A DNA stretch of 64,000 nt, from NCBI RefSeq assembly GCF_001194135.2, contig NC_068994.1, positions 683,599 through 747,598 on the forward strand, given 5' to 3'. Positions 12,353-23,943 of this stretch are shown in pieces. A program made the translations under genes and the position numbers. This DNA is from Octopus bimaculoides. Lineage: Eukaryota. Each line of letters starts with the position of its first letter. Positions within the stretch are counted from its first letter, which is position 1. Below the pieces are notes generated by a model that was given only the letters and a program-made list of their open reading frames with translations, had not been told where the DNA came from and searched no databases.

Positions 12353-12415
<63 letters not shown>
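12353..12415. repeat. (CTG)n(ATG)n trinucleotide microsatellite
   Basis: Directly visible; produces the spurious poly-H/poly-Q ORF 12316-12525. Confidence 0.95.
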
Positions 12416-13552
12416 CAAGCAGTTGTGATAATATATTGATTTAGAAGGCCCAATGAAAGTTGTGTGGTTGTCTCAGCTGTGGTCAACGAAGAGGGGCTGC
12501 TGTTGTTTATGTCTTGGAAAGCCATTCTCCATCAGGTGAAGCTGTCGAACAAGTCATAGAAAATCTTTCTTAAACATTCAATCTAGCTTGAACCCTAATA
12601 ATTCAGTCGCTCTACCCAAACTATTTTCTCCATTGTTGTCAACAACCCTCCTGCTTTAAGTATTATTAACATAATGTTAACCACACGTTTTTGTAGTTAA
12701 CTTTACACACCTCTCTCGCCTCCTCCTCAATTATTTTTTTTCATGAGATTGGTCTTTTTTTATCATATTTATTTATTTATTATAGAAAAGGTGTGTGGTG
12801 CATAATGCATGGTGTGTGGCGTCTGGTAGTGGCGTATTGCCAGATATTATAGGGGCGTCAGTTGTGGCTTTCACCATTACAACAAGGTTGGAGATGTGAA
12901 CTAACAGGGTGGGGGTGGGGGGTCTATCTATAGTTACTTGACTAGCTAGAAATAGCAGCCTAGTTTCCTTCAAATTACACCTTACTGTCTTATAAAAGGG
13001 AAGGGGCATATTAGATATAATGTCATCCTAGATAGAAGTAAAAAGATTGGATAGGCATGGGAGAAATGCCTATAAACAGTTACCTGGGGCTAAACGACAA
13101 GTTGTGTGGTTACAAGTCTTCTGTTTCTTTCCAAGTTTTGTCAAAGGAAGAAAGATGACAGCTCTGGCCATTTTGAAGACTCTTGAGAGGAAGAAACTAC
13201 AATTCCTGAGTTATTCTTTAACTAGGGACCAGGACTGAATGCTTTCAGTAGAAATATAAACTCTGCTAAATGATCCAGGTGTTAAGTTCACCAGCTGAGA
13301 AAAACTAGCATCATCAGAGATTCCTCACAGTTTCTATTTACCCAGTTCACTCCCAAAGCTTCTCAACATGAAGCTAAGGTAAAAAACATTTTCTGGGTTT
13401 TTTTTTTTCTACAAGGGGATTGAACCTAGAAGCACATAATTGTAAAACTATCTTCTTAACAACACAATAACATTGCCATCAATAAAGTCAACAGCAATGG
13501 AAGGAGATCATTGAAATAATAGAGACTAGAGATATTCCTGTATGTCAGAACT

Positions 13553-13720
13553 GGTGTAGGCATTGGTGTGTGGTAATGAAGTTTACTTCATAGTCCCAAA
13601 GTTCTGATTTCAATATTACTGCATGGCACCTTGGACAAGTGTCTTTTACCTTAGACTTGAGCTGACCGATGTCTTGTGAGTTGAATTTAGTGGACAAAAC
13701 CGTACAGAAGCTCATCATTT
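13553..13720 (+). mobile_element. tRNA-derived SINE head followed by CA/TA tract
   Basis: GGTGTGTGGTAA..GGCACCTTGGACAAGTGTCTT..CTTGTGAGTTGAATTTAGTGGACAAAAC..AGAAGC. Confidence 0.6.
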
Positions 13721-13793
13721 ATATCAATCAATCTATCTCTGTATGTGTCTGTCTTTATAATTTGTCTATTTATCCATACTGCCATACATACAT

Positions 13794-13858
<65 letters not shown>

Positions 13859-14967
13859 ACGTGAAAAACAAATACATCTAAATTGGAATACATCTTACAG
13901 TATAAATGCCTCACTAAATAATCTCCCCTTACCTGAATGTCCACTTTTTATATTCAGTATTCTTGACCAAGTTGGTACCCCAATAGTCCAGTGATTGACA
14001 TCAATGAAAGAACTAAAAGCGAAATCTGAGAACAATTTAGACCCATGGCAGGATTACAGCATCCATGCATCTTACATTGACATCTATGATGAGTGTTTGT
14101 CTACTAATTCAGTGATGAAAGCTGTTGTGAAAATAAGAGACATGCTACTCTAATCAATGGTCAGAGCTATTTCTTTAAAATTATTGGCATCTCATCTTTT
14201 TCCAATATGGCTTTGACTGTTGCAGCAATTTTTTGCCAAAGCATTCAATTAGCTTCTACTGTTATATCCAATCGACTATTTTAGATTTAAATAATTAACT
14301 GAGGCCTGTAAGTTTATATGTCTGTAGAGATTAGTCTGTCATTGGATTCCAGAAACAGAACTAAAGAATTTAACTTGGGAATCTGGACATATGGTATTGT
14401 AACACTGTTATTTCATGACATCTCATGAAGTGTTTCACTGGTCCACAATATAGATTATGGCAGAGAAAAATGTTGCGAAACAATAAATATCTATTTTACT
14501 TGACCAGCAAATAGTCGTCATCATGGTTGTCGTCGTTGTCATCAACAACACTTTACATCCATTTTACCATGACTACATGATTTGAACAGGTGTCTTGCAG
14601 TACAGCATCCTCCACATCATTTGATGCAGTCTCTTCATGTCTTTACATCTTTCTGATCTTTTTCTTCCACACGCTCCTTCAACATAGATCATTTCTTTGC
14701 CCAACTTTTATCTTCTATAACAATTATATGTTTGTACCAACACAGTCTACTCTCCACAACTGATTTCTCTAAGATCCAGTTTTTGTTCTCAAAGCCTTTA
14801 TATGCCTCCATTCATGCACATCAATATTACACATCCACTGAAGCATGCTCGTCTCGTCTTGTGTCTTGCCACCTTTCACACATCATCTACTTTCAATGTC
14901 CATCTTTCTTTATGCTATAGCATCACACTTCATACACCTGCACCATATAATCTGCCCTTCCCTCATG

Positions 14968-15022
<55 letters not shown>

Positions 15023-15041
15023 AGAGAGAGAGAGAGAGAGA
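14968..15041. repeat. (GA)n microsatellite
   Basis: Directly visible. Confidence 0.95.
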
Positions 15042-15268
15042 ATCTCTTTGTTACCCTCAGAATTAATATCTTCTTCAACATCCTTCCCCTTCTCATCTTT
15101 ATTTACACCATTCTCCTTCAACAACAGCTGGATGTCAATGTGGTAACCAACATCACAAACCCATAGCTAATGGTTTCGTGTACTCTATCTTGTCTGGCTG
15201 ACTTGCTACCTCAAATGGCTTGAAAGGAATTATCGACATTGGCTAAGTGATTTGATTACCACAGATTC

Positions 15269-15362
15269 ACATGTTACATTCTAAACATCTATTACATTCT
15301 ACATGTTACATTCTACACACATTACCTTCTACATACATTACCTTCTACATACATTACATTCT
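15269..15362. repeat. 14-16-bp minisatellite, about 6 units of ACAT(AC)ATTAC(A/C)TTCT
   Basis: Six consecutive units visible. Confidence 0.8.
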
Positions 15363-15426
15363 ATATGCATCTGTTAAGGAGAATTGCAGCACTTTTATAT
15401 TTTTGAATAATAAAATGTAAGCAAGC

Positions 15427-15428
<2 letters not shown>

Positions 15429-15517
<89 letters not shown>
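15429..15517. repeat. Long pure (GT)n microsatellite
   Basis: About 44 uninterrupted units. Confidence 0.95.
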
Positions 15518-15523
<6 letters not shown>

Positions 15524-15599
15524 AAGATGTTCTAAAAGTATAATAGCTACAGTCAGAACAGGACAGAGAAAGTTCAGAGCTATTACGTCTGTTGGTAAT

Positions 15600-16560
15600 G
15601 AACTCTCTCTCTCTCAGAGTGAAAGGTAAATTGTATGATGTTTGTGTATGAACACCAATGCAACATGGTAATGAGACACAGGTCCTGAATGCAGAGAACG
15701 AATATGTGAAGACTAGAAAGGAATGACTCTAGTATGCTCTTTTGGATGAACAATGTCAGTATACATGTACGACAAAGTGTTAATGTGTTGAGAGAAAGAT
15801 TAGGCAAAAGAGGAATCAGATGTACTGTAGAAGAGAGAAGACTATGATGGTTGGATCATGTGCTGTGTATGAATGAGGAGAGCTGCATAAAGAAGTGCTG
15901 ATTGCTTAAAGCGGAGTTGAGCCTCACAGAGGACTGAGATGATTAATGGTTCACAGTGTTTGAAAAGAGTCATCCATCACAGCAAGTGAACCCCTAAAAT
16001 CATTTTGCTTATGCCTATACATGTGGAGTCTTGCACTCAATCTGCCTACACCAAGCATTTCCCACATCTTACAGGCATCCGTCCCTCCATCACTCTTCTA
16101 ACTATGGCATTACTTAGCTGCTGCAATCATTTGAGAGCAGAATCAGCACATATTTCATACTCCTTTTCCGCTACCAGTCATCTGCTTCTTTCCTTGAAAG
16201 CGCTTTCTTTCAAACTCCATTTCTCATTCTCTTTATCATCCCTTCACACATTTTCCATGGATCACTTCTTTCTGTGCCTTTCAGTGACTTCTTTTTTCCT
16301 CACTGAGCTACATCTTAGGTCTGCCATACTTCATTTTAACACCGTTTCATATCTGCCATCAATTCCCTACCACCTGCGTCCTTCCACTCATTACAGCCAC
16401 TCTCATCTACCTCTGAACCTCCATCTCTGCTACTGTTCATCTTCCTTCCCTCTCCCTCCACCCTCTGAACTATCCATACATATATCACACTGCTGCTCTT
16501 CACTCCTCCTGTGCTGCTACTTGTCCCCTCCTCCTTCCTGAGCCACTTCTACCTCTCCCT
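15600..16560. mobile_element. Two opposed, heavily decayed RTE remnants (+ ~15600-15990; - ~16000-16560)
   Basis: Plus part resembles VL...E..ML.WM.NVS..VRQSVNVLRERLG; minus part resembles RT-upstream NAIVRRVMEGRMP. Many stops and frameshifts. Confidence 0.45.
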
Positions 16561-18039
16561 CACATACTGATATTAACCTTCAACAACACCTCCATCCATA
16601 TTCCTCACTCACTACATCCACATCTTACCATTTGTCACTCTCCTCTAACATCTTATGAAAATATATTATTAATCATAAAACAAATAAAAATAAAGTAAAT
16701 AGTAATGAAACAATAATAAAATAAAATAAACAATAATTTTCATAACATTTTTACTAAATTTTGTAATTTAAAACAGTTTTTTAAACTTTCCATGTGAAGT
16801 ACGATTATTTGTTACATTGTCTGATCCAGAAAGTGAAACCACTGGAGTCAGCAGAGATGGTTTTAATAAAATAACATTCTGTTATTACTTCACAAAACTA
16901 AGTAACAAATGAAATTGAATGCTTTTATTTGGAATTTAAGTCAAAAGAAATAGAAGTTTCACACTTCTGTAGTTTCACTATCGGCATCATAAAACGAAAC
17001 ATTAATCGTTGTTCGATGTCCAATGCGCAAAAAGAAAAAGAAAGATAATGACTGCTATATAGTAATAGTTCTATAATATAGAATATATATACGAAAAGGA
17101 CTCTACACAGTTAGGGAATCGAACAAATTGCTTTGTGGGATTTACTCCAGCCCTATACGCCATGTGTTCGAACCCGTTGAAGTAATCTTAATGTTTCATC
17201 CTTTGATAAAACAATCCAAAAGGATTGGCAGAATTTTTAGAACGTCGACTAAATAACTTTTCGATATTTAATTCGGTTCTTTACGTTTTGAGTTCGCATG
17301 TAAATATAACAAGGATGTCACCAAGGGCCGCTCGTCGACCGCAAGAAAAGAACGATTATTTCGAAAATTCATTGGTTCGATCCCACTATGTGGTACTACT
17401 GCGGTCTTCTGCCATAGACATGGCGTCTATCAAAGTATTATGAAGGAAATCTGTGTGGAAACCCATTAGAAGGAAGATTCCTGGTCTTGATAACAGACTT
17501 GTCATCATCAACTGATCCTTATGTTTTTAATCTGGTACTATCTGTTGTGTTTGGTCGGAAGATTGCCATGACCCTTCTTCCGACTGGTCACGGAGATTCT
17601 TGAAAAGGGTCATGGACACTATTTTTCTTCCTCTGACTAAGAAATTACAGAAAAAAAAAAAACGAAACAAAACACAAATTCAATGACCATTTCCCCAAAC
17701 AGGGCTGCTTATATAAAGTTATAACTTTATATGTTTTTCTATTACAGATGCAATTCTTATTAAGTGCCATTTTTATCAGAGAATTATTAAACATAATTAA
17801 TAATTATGACGATATAGATATAACGATATCATAAATTTCGAAAATAAATGATTTCATCATTAATTGTACTTTTAATTGGGAAAGCAATTCAAGATGAAAC
17901 GGTCACTGGATTGAGATTATTTTTTGTTAGTAATTTTGTTTTATGATGAATATGTAATATTATTAGTTTCTAAAAAAATTTCCTTTGTTAAAAGTATACA
18001 GTGAATTTATGAGAATATCGTTGAAGAAAAAAAAGAAAA

Positions 18040-18135
18040 TAAATATCACGGACGGACGGAGTTAACCGAAGCATCAAAATTGTCTGGGTGAGACAATATG
18101 TTGGCGTGTGATGTCCACTTGCGTCAAGTGACGCT
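18040..18135 (+). promoter_or_regulatory. Candidate promoter/non-coding first exon (donor TGG|GTGAGA at 18087/18088) with palindromic CRE-like element
   Basis: Locally CpG-enriched; GCGTCA-AG-TGACGC palindrome at 18121-18134 overlapping CACTTG-CGT-CAAGTG at 18116-18130; 182-nt candidate intron to the acceptor at 18269. Confidence 0.35.
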
Positions 18136-18369
18136 GAAATATTTCAAGGAAAACATTTGCAAGTTCAATATTTCCAACAGAAGAAGAAGCTACAGAATGA
18201 AAAAAAATAATATTTATTCATGTAGATTAAAATGAAACATTACTGAGCGTTCTTTTCTGACAATTTCAGGCCATTGCTGTCTTGAGCCACCGATCAAGAG
18301 ATATACAGTTATTCAAGAAAAAACGGTTTATGATGGAAGAAATATATATTTTCTTGAAATTTTCGTCGA

Positions 18370-18411
18370 ATGTCTAAGAAGAGAAGTTGCACAGAGTGGA
18401 CCAGACGACAG
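18370..18411 (+). CDS. Candidate first coding segment (MSKKRSCTEWTRRQ) of a Myb/SANT-like protein; full exon 18270-18411
   Basis: Acceptor ttttctgacaatttcag|G at 18269/18270; donor CAG|gtaaat at 18411/18412; ATG at 18370 preceded by in-frame stops; ends in phase 0. Confidence 0.45.
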
Positions 18412-18499
18412 GTAAATGTCGGTCTTTATTTTCTTCTCAGTTGCTTTCATTGGTATACAAGGTTATAAGGCAAATAACAACAACAATAAAAGTGTGGCC

Positions 18500-18720
18500 G
18501 TGACCGGTAATAAAGTCACAATTTATGATGGCCTGTAATAAAGTCGGCAAGACTCTCCGCCCGTCCACCCCAAAAAAACCACCCTTAAAAAATTTTTTTT
18601 TTTTTTTCGACACAAACCCCGCCTTTATGAGATCTGAACAAAACACCCTCGGACAAACTCCCCTCCCGGACAAAACCCCTGTGACTTTATTACCGTGACT
18701 TTTTCCTATGATTTTTTTTT
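18500..18720. mobile_element. MITE-like insertion with 16-bp internal inverted repeat
   Basis: CGGTAATAAAGTCACA (18505-18520) and TGTGACTTTATTACCG (18680-18695) are exact reverse complements; repeated GGACAAA motifs inside. Confidence 0.55.
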
Positions 18721-18744
18721 TTTTTACCTGGATTCAGTGTGGCA

Positions 18745-19202
18745 ATATAGGGACGTTTGAGGCAGTGATATGAACAGAGACAGTTGCATCAAGAGGTGCT
18801 GATCTCTAATTGTAGAAGAAACATGTGGAAGGGGTAGACTGAGGAAGACGTGGACGAAGTGGTGAGAAAGGATCTACAAATGTTGGGACTCACAGAGGGG
18901 AGGACAGAGGGCCGAGACTGGTGGTTTGCTGTGCTTGAAAAGACAAGTCAAGCTAAAAACATGGTTGTTCTTCCATACAGGCTTGTACCCTTCAATCCTC
19001 TCTAGCTGAGCATCCCTAAACTTTCTGGCTTGTAAGTGCTAATGCCATGTAAAAAGCACCTTGTACACTCTGTAAAGTGGTTGGTGTTAGGGAGGGCAAC
19101 CAAAAACATGGAACCCGAACAGTCCTTCAGCTGGTCAGTTTCTATCAAATCAGCCAACCCATGCCAGCATGGAAAATGGACATTAAATGAAGATGATGAT
19201 GT
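18745..19202 (+). mobile_element. RTE 3' end plus (GAT)n-tailed 3'UTR/SINE segment
   Basis: IVEETCGRGRLRKTWTK..RKDLQMLGLTEG then AACCCATGCCAGCATGGAAAATGGACATTAAATGAAGATGATGAT. Confidence 0.8.
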
Positions 19203-19509
19203 GTATGTATGTATCTATATAAGAATCTAAGTGTAGGAAGTTTGTAAGCTTCAAGCAGTCTGTGGCAGGATTTTCAAACTATGTTTTCAGTGAGTTAACT
19301 TGGGATTCCTTAATGACAATGTGACCTTCATATGATTAAGATTTCTTTGCCACACTCTCTCTCTCACTCTTTCTCTGTATACAATGGCGCCATTTAATTT
19401 AAGAATGCTCGTAGACTAATGTTAAAATGGCATTTTTTATATATTCAAGTTGTAAATTGTGAATTAAGATGTATATCAAAATAAAAATTTCACCTTGTTC
19501 GTGTAAATG

Positions 19510-19670
19510 GGTAACCCTGTAACAGAGTGGTCTTCTGATTGGGCCAAATGTTGGCCTACTCACCTAGCCAGAGGGATGATATCATTCAAAAGCTGAAACA
19601 TAGTGAAGCGCATTGTAATCAGTGATGTAAAACAACAGCTGATAGTCTGGTCAATACCATGATACTGTGA
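19510..19670 (+). mobile_element. Second SINE-like family copy (inverted copy at ~5767-5860)
   Basis: GTTGGCCTACTCACCTAGCCAG..GCGCATTG..ACAACAGC aligns with the reverse complement of 5767-5860. Confidence 0.5.
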
Positions 19671-20734
19671 TTATATATATATATATATAAAGTAGTGTAT
19701 CAGAGAAAATGAAGATGTTTGAGGAAGTGTGTCAAGAATGATAATGACACTTGTTTTTACTGACACCGAAAAGAAAGATATGAAAGTGTCATTATGAGAG
19801 GCTATTGAATGTAGAGAATGCATTGGAGTGAGATTCTGCTCCATGTAGGGTCTGGCAGAGGAACTAACCTCTGAAGTTGACAACAGTATGCTCTCAAATA
19901 CAACAGTGCATATGAAGGCAGGAAAAGCAGTTGAAGCTAGGCATTTGTTACACTTGTTAGTGACTTTACATCACTTTTAATTGTAAAGAAAGTCTGTCTG
20001 TCTCATAATATTTTTCATATTGCAAGAGAAACTTATGCCTTACAGATATCTTTGTTGACCGTATAAAATGGTGCAGTTTCTCATCTGTTGCCAGCACTTG
20101 ACAAACATAAAGGCTTTTAAAACATGACACCCAAACTTATCACAAGAGAGTGTGGAGTTATGTTGCTTGTCACTGAATACAATTACATGAACAAGTAGAA
20201 AAGAGGTGTTTACTACTGTGCTTTGGCTTCTCGTCAGAAGGTTATAAAAATGACTGGAGTTGAGAAATGACTCTGATACCTTCTGCATGAAACGAATATA
20301 GTTAAATAAGGACTAACATATTTAATGGAGTGGGCCAACACACATTTTAATTACAATTACAAATATAGTGAAGAAATAAAATTATTAGCTTTAATGATTA
20401 TTTCTGGTTAAGATAGGGACGGGAGAAGAATTCTAAAATTAAACTTAGTTAAAACTCAGGGACATGCAGTGAGGAATCTAATGTTTGCTAGATATAACGA
20501 TAATAGTGCATCTTCTGCTCTTATTAGACCTCACCAGCAGAGCATAGTTCATACTCACCCCCCACTACAGCCCCTGCTCCTGTTCAATTTTCAGTTATTT
20601 AAAACTTCAGAGTTATCTCCCTTGCCTTTCTTGTGCAGAAAGAGGCAAGAATGCTCTGCTGGACCTGTAATGTTGAATATGTTGAACAGAGTAGAGCTGA
20701 GCTGAGAGAAAAACTGGGTGTAAGAGGAACGAGA

Positions 20735-20893
20735 GACGTATGTATAGAGGACATCAGCTGGAGAAAGAAGTGACAGGCGATCCAAGTGGAAGGAATGAGG
20801 AAATTTGGGAAGAAGAAAAAAAGCCTCTAGAATATAGTGTCCCAAGTAGGCCATCACCAAAGGATGCTGTGTGGGAGAAGACCCATCCAACTA
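20735..20893 (+). repeat. Dispersed repeat, partner of 4822-4990
   Basis: 51-nt exact match in inverted orientation; upstream SDRRSKWKE resembles the RTE terminal DRSKWR motif. Confidence 0.75.
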
Positions 20894-21231
20894 CCTGTAA
20901 AATACTAAGGAATGAGTCATTTAGTTTGGTTTTAGCAGAGGTGTAATTTTAGTTAATTAAATTTGTTTGGTTTATTATGTATATTTAGCATTGGCCAAAT
21001 TGTTTTCTTATGCAGACAGAATCCTTAGGTAATTTCTGCCAGTCATTTTTCATCAAAGTATTAAACTTTACTGATTGGTTGATAATGTGGCTAAAGTTTT
21101 AATTTTGATAATATATTGTACTTTGGAGTTTGTAACTGACACAAATGGGTGAGAAAGGATTGGTAATATTTGATGGTTAGCTGTATGACCTATGGACATG
21201 GGGTCTGGATTAACTGGCGGATTCTTGGAAA

Positions 21232-21480
21232 ATCATCATTATCATCATTTAACGTCCACTCGTCATGCTGGCATGGGTTTGACAGTTTGATATGGAGCTG
21301 GCCAGTTGGGAGTTGTCCAAACTCTGATTGTTGTGGCATGGTTTCTACAGCTGGATGCCTTTCCTAGCACCAACAGAGTGTGCAGGGTGCTATTTACGTG
21401 CCACCGGCACAGGTGTGTTTATGTAGCACCGGCATAAGTACTTTTTATGTGGCACTAGCACCTGCAAAGGACAAACCTGT
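21232..21480 (-). mobile_element. (GAT)n-tailed SINE, minus strand
   Basis: ATCATCATTTAACGTCCAC..CATGCTGGCATGGGTTTGACAG..GGATGCCTTTCCTAGCACCAAC. Confidence 0.8.
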
Positions 21481-21804
21481 ATGTGTGGAAGACCTTATAG
21501 ATTCAACTTGATATGAAAGATTCATTAGTGACTCCTTTCACTGCACTCTAAATAACAATGATCCCTTCTACCAAATATCATAGAGATAATATTATTACAA
21601 TTTTCATATCAGAATGACATCCACACTATATATGCTTCCATTATCTTGGTGTTTACATTTTTTTATTGTTTTTCTGCTCTAAAAGTCTTCCTCCCAACTT
21701 TATTCCAAAATGACAATGTTATTGACAGACAACAGTAATAATAACAATCTCTTTTATTATATCATTTATTCATGACTTGGGTCTAATTGTGATTTAAGTC
21801 TGCT

Positions 21805-22028
21805 TTAATTTTTTAGCATTGAAACAGGCCATATCAGGCCCAAATATTCTACCTTGTTTTCCATTCAAGCTGGCTGGATACAGCCTCTCACATCTACAAT
21901 GTCATTCTAAAAAGAAGCAATCTCTTCATTAAAATCTCGAAGCTACAAGATCATGTATGCTTAATTCAAAACAATGTGAATTAATAAGCATTGCATTTGA
22001 CAGGGTAATCTGAATACTAAAGAGTTAA
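21805..22028. mobile_element. piggyBac-like MITE (TTAA-flanked); partial copy at 42940-43096
   Basis: TTAA-tttttTAGCATT ... AATACTAAAGAGTTAA ends; the internal segment matches 42940-43096 (AATGCTAAAGGATTAA). Confidence 0.6.
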
Positions 22029-22331
22029 ATACCTTAGTCCAGCTCTTCTTGAAGCATCTTGACTAATAGAGACTTGTGAATTGTAAATGTTGTAAAATGG
22101 TTTCCTAAAGGAATCTTCTTTTGTTCTGCTTGATCACAGAAAATATATTTCAGTAAATTGATAAACAATTTTCTGGATATTAAAAGATGCTTATGAAAAT
22201 TTCAATTAATACTGATAGTGTTGATTCGGATACACAGTGTCTATCTAATAAAAGATAGTGTCTCTTTGGATAAGGAAGACAGATGGGTGTTCTAAAAAGA
22301 AATACTGCTGAAAGTTTCGTAATTGGTGTAG

Positions 22332-22384
22332 GACTGTGCTTTGGTAGCAGAAATAAGAGCAAAGCAGAAAGAATGGGGAAAAAG
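22332..22384 (+). CDS. Candidate coding exon (DCALVAEIRAKQKEWGK) of the Myb/SANT-like gene
   Basis: Strong donor AAG|gtgagt at 22384/22385; acceptor ggtgtag|G with weak pyrimidine tract; 53 nt, phase 0 to 2. Confidence 0.45.
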
Positions 22385-22738
22385 GTGAGTGGCAATGGGC
22401 ATTACCAGGCAGATAGAATGAAAGTAAGATGACAAGTTTACTGAGATATGAAAGAAACTAAGAGCTGGGGATAGTCCCAGAATGACAAGCATGAAGTTTT
22501 CCACAAAGCAGAGCAATGTGTTTATAATGGACTAAGAATGACATTAAGTAGAAGTTTGTTTGAAATGACACAAGTGTTATTGTCTTCAATGAGAGTGGAA
22601 AGAGATATGGAAATATGACTGAAATAGTGATGAATATTGAATGAGAATTATTAAAAGCATGAAGGTAAAGGAAACTGTAAATGTATCACAGATATTTGAA
22701 TCAAACCAAACAGGTGTTATCTTTAATGGTTGATGTAG

Positions 22739-22802
22739 TAACTCCATTGTTGATTATACCTGTAAGGAAACTGAGAAGCAGTGGAAGTTACTTCTTCCCA
22801 AA
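22739..22802 (+). CDS. Candidate coding exon ((S)NSIVDYTCKETEKQWKLLLPK) of the Myb/SANT-like gene
   Basis: Strong donor AAA|gtaagt at 22802/22803; acceptor gatgtag|T; 64 nt, phase 2 to 0, in frame with the previous exon. Confidence 0.45.
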
Positions 22803-22929
22803 GTAAGTAGTTACAATTCACTCAGTTGAAATGAGGCCCGCGCTGGAGTGCTGCTCTCTCATCTAGAATGGTGTTGTTGCTACAGACACAGACATCCTGT
22901 GCCACATCAAGAAAAGGGCCATCAGAGCG

Positions 22930-23307
22930 AGTGGCATAAAGTCATTCACAGACCTGTTCTCACTTCTGGCCTTCAGGTGTGCACTCTTTTATCTAAAGAT
23001 GCTTAGGGATTCCCGACCCTCTTGTCTTTTCCCCTCTTATCATTCTTGCTGTATCCAACCGTCTCAGGTCCACCACTAATCACTACACCTAGTATTCTTT
23101 CTTCCCAGAACAGNNNNNNNNNNAGTGGCATAAAGTCATTCACAGACCTGTTCTCACTTCTGGCCTTCAGGTGTGCACTCTTTTATCTAAAGATGCTTAG
23201 GGATTCCCGACCCTCTTGTCTTTTCCCCTCTTATCATTCTTGCTGTATCCAACCGTCTCAGGTCCACCACTAATCACTACACCTAGTATTCTTTCTTCCC
23301 AGAACAG
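22930..23307. repeat. Exact 184-bp direct duplication flanking a 10-N gap (probable assembly artefact)
   Basis: 22930-23113 is identical to 23124-23307, separated only by the N gap. Confidence 0.9.
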
Positions 23308-23943
23308 TTAGCCTCTTGAATTCCCTCCCTTCTCATACCTTTCTTGTTCAAGAAGATCATTAGTAGCATCAATCTCATTGGTCTTGAAGGGTTTTCAAAG
23401 GCTATGGGCACCACCTCCCTCCAGACTCAGCAAGTAAATAAATAAATAAAAAAATCCTGGTATATAACATTTGTATGAAAAAGAAAATGAATAGAATTAA
23501 AATAAGAACCTGCTATTAATGTTTTTTCAAATCTCTTTTACTTGACTGGTTCAGGAAACTGTTCATGTTCTTATGTACTGCAAAACTGTCAAAAGAATAA
23601 AAAAAAGACATTGTTACTAAATATCCTGGTAGATAAGAAATAGAGTTGTAAATCTCAATATTTCACTGCTTCATTTTTTATAAGAAAATATCACCCAGAT
23701 CCCCAATACTGCCATTTTGTATTTGGATGATGCATTCTAATGTTTCAGAAGTTCTAGAGAAAGACAAGTCAGCTCTAGTTACATCTTGTTTCAATAGTTA
23801 ATGTAATTCACTTCTGCAGAATTCTTTAAGTAGGTGGTCTGATTATCTTATTTAATTATCTACCTCAGTGTCTATTCTTTTCTTTCTACATGGATTGAAA
23901 TAATCATTCATATCCACATTTCTTCTTGATCAACATCCTAAAC

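Noticed and set aside
12316-12525. Poly-His/poly-Gln ORF suggesting a transcription factor
   Set aside because: The H/Q run is just the (ATG)n(CTG)n microsatellite, whose (GAT)n part resembles SINE tails; the flanking residues are unrecognisable.
16005-16541. Longest ORF in the track (178 aa, +)
   Set aside because: Low-complexity S/L/H/P composition typical of the antisense frame of a purine-rich decayed RTE on the minus strand.
20044-20282. LSCDKFGCHVL resembling a Pumilio/NOP9 repeat
   Set aside because: A single short match without repeat periodicity; the surrounding residues do not fit helical repeats. Kept only as an unassigned exon candidate.
23686-23730. KYHPD motif suggesting a DnaJ J-domain (attractive next to a SANT domain, as in DNAJC1/2)
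   Set aside because: The frame stops 10 codons later, lacks the J-domain helix III, and is out of phase with the upstream candidate exon.
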